Of a stretch of DNA of 32,000 nucleotides, positions 26,891-32,000 are shown piece by piece (the stretch's first letter is position 1; every line of letters begins with the position of its first letter). The position numbers were made by a program, and so were the translations under genes. The stretch is from assembly GCA_963675515.1 (NCBI GenBank), contig OY776328.1:1830001-1862000 (forward strand). Direction: 5' to 3'. The notes beneath the pieces are model-generated. The model was not told where the DNA came from, ran no database searches, and saw nothing but the letters and a program-made list of their open reading frames with translations. The DNA comes from Coprobacillaceae bacterium. Its GTDB lineage: Bacteria; Bacillota_I; Bacilli_A; Erysipelotrichales; Coprobacillaceae.

Positions 26891-26910
26891 AAATAAATTA
26901 GGAGAAACAT

Positions 26911-27315
26911 ATGGATAACTGTATTTTTTGTAAAATTGCCAACCATGAGATTCCAGGAAAAGTGTTATATGAGGATGAAGACTGCATTGCTTTTCTGGAT
27001 TTGTCGCAGACTACTTTGGGGCACACCCTTGTGATTCCCAAAACCCACGCCCCATCCGTTCTGGAAATTGACCAGGATAGCCTGACCAAGGCCTTTAAAG
27101 TGGCGCAAAACATGGCAAAAATGCTGAAGACCAAACTCAATTCCAACGGAATCAACATAATCACGAACTCTGGTGTTATCGCAGGACAGACAATCGAACA
27201 TTTTCATCTTCATGTGATTCCCCGATATGATGAATCTGATACGTTTGAGATCAATTTTACTGACAACTCAAAAGAGTGTGATCTCGAGGCAGTTTACAAT
27301 CTGATTGTCAAATAA
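26911..27315 (+). CDS. HIT family (Hint-like) nucleotide hydrolase
   Basis: It has CIFCKI at the N-terminus and the histidine triad HFHLHVIPR. AGGAG RBS. Confidence 0.9.
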   Translation: MDNCIFCKIANHEIPGKVLYEDEDCIAFLDLSQTTLGHTLVIPKTHAPSVLEIDQDSLTKAFKVAQNMAKMLKTKLNSNGINIITNSGVIAGQTIEHFHLHVIPRYDESDTFEINFTDNSKECDLEAVYNLIVK

Positions 27316-27353
27316 AAGCAAAATTATTCAATATAATTAAGATACACCATAAT

Positions 27354-27383
27354 AAAAGCGGCCACCAAAAGGTGGCCGCTTTT
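27354..27383. terminator. Bidirectional intrinsic terminator between convergent HIT and yhaM
   Basis: Perfect 13-bp stem aaaagcggccacc / ggtggccgctttt with loop aaaa. Confidence 0.8.
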
Positions 27384-27395
27384 ATTATGAATAGT

Positions 27396-28340
27396 TTATA
27401 TTTTGGGTTTGTAGAAACTGCGGTTTTCAAGCGAAAAAATCCTTTTAGTGAATTCTCCAGGTTCCACGACATCCAACGCCTTATCCATCATCAGCATTCT
27501 TGCATCGATATTGTCAATCAAAGATATGATCTCCGCCTCTTTTAGCTGAGGCAATACCGGAGATCCAAATTCTTGCTTCCCGTGATGTGAGAGGATGATG
27601 TGTTGGAGCAAAAAGACTTCTTCTCCCTCGATACCGAGCTCATCTGCCTTCGATTTGATCATGCAATTGGTAATTGAGATATGACCGACCAAACGGCCCT
27701 CAGGAGTATACTCCGGAACTATAGGACCAGACAATTCAATTATTTTACCCAAATCATGAAGGACAATCCCTGAATAAAGCAAATCAGAGTTCAACTGGGG
27801 ATAAATGACCAGTAAAGATTTCGCGATATCCAACATCGTTACTGTATGGTAGATAAGGCCGGATACAAATTCATGATGATTTTTACTTGCAGCAGGATAC
27901 ACCCTAAGCTTATCAAGATTTTCATTGAACAGCTTCGACGTAATCAGGAAAATGCTGTTGTTTTTGATTTTACCGATGTATTTCTCAACCTCTTCAACCA
28001 GGACATCGCTGTCTATTGGGGCTGATTCCACATATCTGATAGCATCCTTCTCGTCATCGGAGATGAACTTGATTTTGGCTACTTTCATCTGACGATCCAG
28101 ATTGTATTTGATAACATCCCCGGTCACCCTTACAACAGCGCCTCCCACAAACTTCTCTATTTGTTCATCAGTGGCAGACCACAGCTTCGCATCCAGTGTT
28201 CCTGTTGCATCCTGCAATGTCAAGGTAATGTAATTGGTCCTATTGGCTCCGCTCGTCTTTCCGACGATAGCCCGGTTGATCAAGCAATCAAACGTAACGT
28301 TGGCATCTCCTGCTTTCAAGTCTTTTATATTAATCATCAA
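27396..28340 (-). CDS. yhaM: 3'-5' exoribonuclease YhaM (OB-fold + HD domain)
   Basis: It has the N-terminal OB-fold YITLTLQDATGTLDAKLW and the HD motifs HHEFVSGLIYHT and VLHDLGK. Its start overlaps the upstream gene's stop by 11 nt. Confidence 0.85.
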   Translation of the reverse strand: MMINIKDLKAGDANVTFDCLINRAIVGKTSGANRTNYITLTLQDATGTLDAKLWSATDEQIEKFVGGAVVRVTGDVIKYNLDRQMKVAKIKFISDDEKDAIRYVESAPIDSDVLVEEVEKYIGKIKNNSIFLITSKLFNENLDKLRVYPAASKNHHEFVSGLIYHTVTMLDIAKSLLVIYPQLNSDLLYSGIVLHDLGKIIELSGPIVPEYTPEGRLVGHISITNCMIKSKADELGIEGEEVFLLQHIILSHHGKQEFGSPVLPQLKEAEIISLIDNIDARMLMMDKALDVVEPGEFTKRIFSLENRSFYKPKI

Positions 28341-30333
28341 GTACTTCTCCTCTTTCTACTATTTCCTTAATATCTTCATACCGGTAGCCTTTTTTCAATA
28401 AGCCATCGATACAGCGTTGTATCAATTCATCTCCTTGGTATTTTCGCTGGTATTTTCTTTGACACTTCATCAGTTCTTTTTCTAATGTTTCCTTCTCTTT
28501 CACGATGTCGAAACGCAAATTGATCGATCCCATGGCGATATCAATCGTTTCCGGGGTAAAGCCGCGGTTGAACAGTCGATTGCGGATGGCATTAATCAAT
28601 GAACGGTATGACTTGGTCGATTCCGTGGCATATATGTCTTCTATCATGCTTTTTGCGCTCTCGATTTGATTTTGCTCATCGAGATTCTCAATGGCATAAT
28701 CGATTGCATCAAGACGGACCTTGCTTTTTCTTAAACTATAGATAGCCCGGTTGATACCTATCGACTTCCTCGTGCAAATCTCAATATAGTCGCTTGCGTA
28801 GCGCTCGTCATTTATGAGATCCCGTTCCTTAAGGAACTCAATCGTAGTATCTATTTGCTCATCAGTAAAAAATCCCGCATCAACAAGTTTTTCTTTTAAC
28901 TGGGCTTCTGGATAATCCTTGAAGGCAAGCCACTTGAGTGCCTTGTTATAGGCGATTGTAATCTGTTCCAAATTCTTCAGCACATTGAATATTTCCCTGT
29001 TGATGACTTTGCCAACTGACAGCTCATATTCATCGATGAATTTCGCTGCCAGCTCAAGCGTGATCACGGTCTGATCAACTTTGAAATCGACATCGAAATA
29101 ATTCTGCTTGGAAGATTTGATTGCTGCAATTTCATAATTGTAGGTTTTAGAGACAACTGCCTCATCGTAAACTGTAATAATATCCTCATAAAACTTCTGC
29201 GAAGAAAAACGGACGCTATCTTCAAGGGATGATGCTTTCAAGTTTTCAATGTCCTTATCCATCAGATCAAGAACTATCCTTAACAATCCCTCCGTATCAT
29301 TAAAGAAAAAGCCATTTACGCCTTCCTTGATGACACCCTCAAGATTCTCGTCATAGCGGGCCAAAGCAGGTATTCCACTGGCCATAGCCTCGATATATGT
29401 CAACCCCTGGGTTTCGGACAACGATGCCGATATAAACGCATCGCTAATATGATAATGGGCAGGAACAAGCTCACCAAATTGGGGACCTGTAAAGATGACA
29501 TGATCTTCAATATCAGCCTCAGCAGCGAGATTTTTCAATTCCTCAAGATAATTTCCTCCACCGACGACCAACAAGACAAAGTCATCACGTATCTGTTTGA
29601 GTTTCGCCACCATTTCCAGCAATGACTCAATTGATTTTTCCTTGGCTACCCGCCCCAGGAAAATCATGACAAATTTTTCGTTCAGGTCATACTTTTCGAT
29701 CAACTTGGCCTCCAAATCAGGAGATCCATTGCAAGGATCGAATCTTTCCAATTCCAATCCGGTCGGTATGATCCGCGGTTTCTTTTTCAACCCATACTTT
29801 TTCAAAGCGTCGGCGGTCTTCTGTGAAGGAACTATAAGTTGTGAGCACTTGTTGGCGTACAGATTAGAAAGCCTTGAAATGATATTCTTCAAAAAATCAT
29901 CCAATACCTCATTATTGATCGGATTGACATAATGAGAATAATCAATATACATTGTATGGTAAGTATAAACAACAGGCAAATCAAGTTCCTGTGCAACAAG
30001 TCGGCCGAATATTCCTAGACCGAACTCAGTCTGTACATGGACAATGTCTGGCTGGAAATCCCGAATTTCCCGCATCCCAGAATAAGAATATATGTTGCAG
30101 GCGCGATATCCGTAAAGCAATGACATTTCCAAGCCTGGAACCCTGACAATATTGTCATTGATATCATCCTTATAATCGCTGTCACTAGGCAATTCGCTAG
30201 TGATGACAATGACCTCATGTTTGTTTTTAACCAGCGCATCATGCAATGTTTTCGTACTGGTGGCGACGCCGTTTAGATCCGGCAAATATGTATCTGAAAA
30301 TAACGCTACTCTCAAATTCTCTCTCCTAACCAT
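28330..30333 (-). CDS. Fusion protein: GT4 glycosyltransferase (diacylglycerol glycosyltransferase-like) + full-length RecX-like C-terminal domain
   Basis: Residues about 7-390 are GT4: RVALFSDTYLPDLNGVATS, then ETQGLTYIEAMASGIPALA (the E-x7-E region). Residues about 397-667 read like a complete Firmicute RecX: ...AYNKALKWLAFKDYPEAQLKEKL...LINDERYASDYI...GINRAIYSLRKSKV...LLKKGYRYEDIKEIV. A likelier start is TTG 30315, behind AGGAG with a 7-nt spacer, giving MRVALFSDTY. Confidence 0.8.
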   Translation of the reverse strand: MVRRENLRVALFSDTYLPDLNGVATSTKTLHDALVKNKHEVIVITSELPSDSDYKDDINDNIVRVPGLEMSLLYGYRACNIYSYSGMREIRDFQPDIVHVQTEFGLGIFGRLVAQELDLPVVYTYHTMYIDYSHYVNPINNEVLDDFLKNIISRLSNLYANKCSQLIVPSQKTADALKKYGLKKKPRIIPTGLELERFDPCNGSPDLEAKLIEKYDLNEKFVMIFLGRVAKEKSIESLLEMVAKLKQIRDDFVLLVVGGGNYLEELKNLAAEADIEDHVIFTGPQFGELVPAHYHISDAFISASLSETQGLTYIEAMASGIPALARYDENLEGVIKEGVNGFFFNDTEGLLRIVLDLMDKDIENLKASSLEDSVRFSSQKFYEDIITVYDEAVVSKTYNYEIAAIKSSKQNYFDVDFKVDQTVITLELAAKFIDEYELSVGKVINREIFNVLKNLEQITIAYNKALKWLAFKDYPEAQLKEKLVDAGFFTDEQIDTTIEFLKERDLINDERYASDYIEICTRKSIGINRAIYSLRKSKVRLDAIDYAIENLDEQNQIESAKSMIEDIYATESTKSYRSLINAIRNRLFNRGFTPETIDIAMGSINLRFDIVKEKETLEKELMKCQRKYQRKYQGDELIQRCIDGLLKKGYRYEDIKEIVERGEVLDD

Positions 30334-31342
30334 TAATTTCGCGATCTAACGCAAAGACAAGACCTCCCAAAATTAATCCCAAATAATATGTAATGATCCT
30401 CCATAAAAGCATAGTTGTCGGTGTCAACACCCCACCTAAAAGTGGTGAGAACAAAATGAAGTATATTCCTTCAGAGCCCCCACTAGCACCAGGAACCGGA
30501 ACAAATGCGGTAACCATATAAATAAACGAAGATATCCCGATGAATTCAAAAAGCTGATAGAAGTCCAAAGGGACATTCAAAGCCAATCCGGCAAAAAAGG
30601 GAATTGAATATATGAAAATAAGTTTGAGGACATTTCCAATTGAAGCCTCAACCAACAGTCTTTTGTTTTTCTTAAGATGTTTTACTTCTTTTCTGAAGTT
30701 ATTCAACTGAACCTCAAAACGGATCTTGGTGTCATGAAAATTCTTGACAATTTTCACCTTGGCCAGAAGCCTGATTACTACGTTTGAGATGAATTTTTGA
30801 AATTTTGACGAACTTGCACCAAGATACAATCCGACGATTACAAAAAAATTGACAAGGAAACCCACCAAAGTCAGAAGAAAAACGTCCGAATAGAGCGCCC
30901 TATAAGCATTGAAGCGAAAAGCAATGACAACAATCGAAAACGCGACCAAAACAGTCTGGTAGACAATAAATCCCATAAGCAATATGCTCGAAGACTCGCA
31001 AGGTTTAACCTTTTGTTTGTTAAACACGTAAACTTGAGCAAATTGCCCGCCGCTGCTAAAAGGAGTTACACCATTAAAAAAAGCAGCAGACAAGGAATTT
31101 TTAAGACCTTGTTTGTATTTATAATTTTTATTGTACATTCTGGAAAACTTGGTCAATATAAGTGCGTCAACCAGAAAATAACAGAACATCACAAAAAAGC
31201 CGATAAATACAAAGAACAAATTCGCATTCTTCAGTGCCCTCAAAGCATCACCCAAATTATCCTTGAATAGAAGATAAATAGAGGCCCCGGAGACGAGCAG
31301 GACAAGCAATAAATTCCTTAAAATAGTTTTCCGATTATTCAT
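30326..31342 (-). CDS. UPF0104 / lysyl-PG-synthase-TM (MprF flippase-domain-like) membrane protein
   Basis: 338 aa and about 8 TM, with a basic N-terminus, a mid-protein KK-rich loop, and a PVPGASGGSEG motif near the C-terminus as in the flippase-like domain family. Confidence 0.65.
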   Translation of the reverse strand: MNNRKTILRNLLLVLLVSGASIYLLFKDNLGDALRALKNANLFFVFIGFFVMFCYFLVDALILTKFSRMYNKNYKYKQGLKNSLSAAFFNGVTPFSSGGQFAQVYVFNKQKVKPCESSSILLMGFIVYQTVLVAFSIVVIAFRFNAYRALYSDVFLLTLVGFLVNFFVIVGLYLGASSSKFQKFISNVVIRLLAKVKIVKNFHDTKIRFEVQLNNFRKEVKHLKKNKRLLVEASIGNVLKLIFIYSIPFFAGLALNVPLDFYQLFEFIGISSFIYMVTAFVPVPGASGGSEGIYFILFSPLLGGVLTPTTMLLWRIITYYLGLILGGLVFALDREING

Positions 31343-31346
31343 AAGA

Positions 31347-32000
31347 TTACCTGTTGTTCAAAGTTTCGTGATAGACAGTTATCAACTGTTTACCAACCTC
31401 TTTTATATTCCGCTGTGAAGCTACTTCATAACCGGCATTTGCCAAACTATTTGAATCATTATAAATGATTTCATTCATTTGATGAATGAAATCCTCCAGG
31501 TCACTACCCATATGGCAATTGATTCCGCTTTGCATCCAGCCATCAAAAACCGGGATGTCACGCAACAAGACATTCTTGCACTTGCAAGCCAAAGCCTCAA
31601 GGACGACTATACCCTCAGTTTCTTCTCTGGACGGAAAGAAGAAAACGTCACACCTTGAATACGCGCCAATTAACGTTGTTGAATCAACGTAACCAGCCAT
31701 CAGTACATTGTCTGGCAAATTCCTGAGAATTTTCAATATATTTCCAGTTGGCGCCGACTTCTCAACGTCTCCGAACCAAATAAACTTTACGTCAGGAAAT
31801 TTCTTTGCCACTTCTATGAATGTATCAAAGCCTTTGCGTTCAAAAACCCATCCGACAGATATTACGATTTTATCTTCCGGATTTATCTTGAAATCGGACA
31901 CAAACTGATGTTCATATTCGCTGGAGTTTTTGAATCTATCCAAATCAATACCGTTGGAAATTGGCGTGATTGGAATCTCGATACCATATGATAACAAAAG
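31347..32000 (-). CDS. GT4 glycosyltransferase, C-terminal half (gene continues past the right edge)
   Basis: The frame is open to base 32000. EETEGIVVLEALACKCKNVLLRDIPVF is the GT4 Glycos_transf_1 nucleotide-sugar binding region. Confidence 0.75.
   Translation of the reverse strand, partial: LLLSYGIEIPITPISNGIDLDRFKNSSEYEHQFVSDFKINPEDKIVISVGWVFERKGFDTFIEVAKKFPDVKFIWFGDVEKSAPTGNILKILRNLPDNVLMAGYVDSTTLIGAYSRCDVFFFPSREETEGIVVLEALACKCKNVLLRDIPVFDGWMQSGINCHMGSDLEDFIHQMNEIIYNDSNSLANAGYEVASQRNIKEVGKQLITVYHETLNNR

Noticed and set aside
28435-28461. Tandem QRKYQRKYQ repeat in the RecX-like tail
   Set aside because: The two 12-nt units differ at synonymous positions (aga/cga, cag/caa). This is an old in-frame duplication within a basic helix, not an active repeat or slippage site.

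Overview
This is a 32-kb chromosomal segment from a low-GC Gram-positive-type bacterium using the standard genetic code. The gene content hints at an Erysipelotrichia- or Acholeplasma-like lineage, but that taxon call is a guess. Most of the window is tightly packed housekeeping DNA. From left to right it holds the ftsK/spoIIIE 5' end, an RNase J with a J2-like motif, a GNAT, a DJ-1/PfpI protein, an ECF S-component plus coaX, ilvE, citrate synthase, a P-type ATPase, a GAF/fRMsr-like protein, an S1-domain protein translationally coupled to pgi, and a six-tRNA array (Val-Thr-Tyr-Gln-Lys-Leu). The minus strand then carries sufC-D-S-U-B followed by 5-formyl-THF cyclo-ligase and a MOP flippase. After that come an AI-2E transporter, two PrsA-like lipoproteins, a HIT protein, yhaM, and a glycolipid-type operon (GT4, UPF0104 flippase-like protein, GT4 fused to a full-length RecX). 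The exception is a ~3.5-kb visibly AT-rich island (about 13.47-17.01 kb) directly downstream of the tRNA array. It holds a promoter-driven minus-strand cassette of three unrecognisable genes: a 69-aa 2-TM protein, a ~261-aa protein split at an A7 tract, and a translationally coupled 94-aa 3-TM protein. It also holds a diverged second copy of the 94-aa protein, a possible decayed copy of the large gene, and a frameshifted IS4/IS1634-like transposase remnant. I consider this toxin/immunity-like cassette the best candidate for an undescribed system and the GT4-RecX fusion the second most interesting item. All calls come from reading and hand-translating the sequence; no searches were run.
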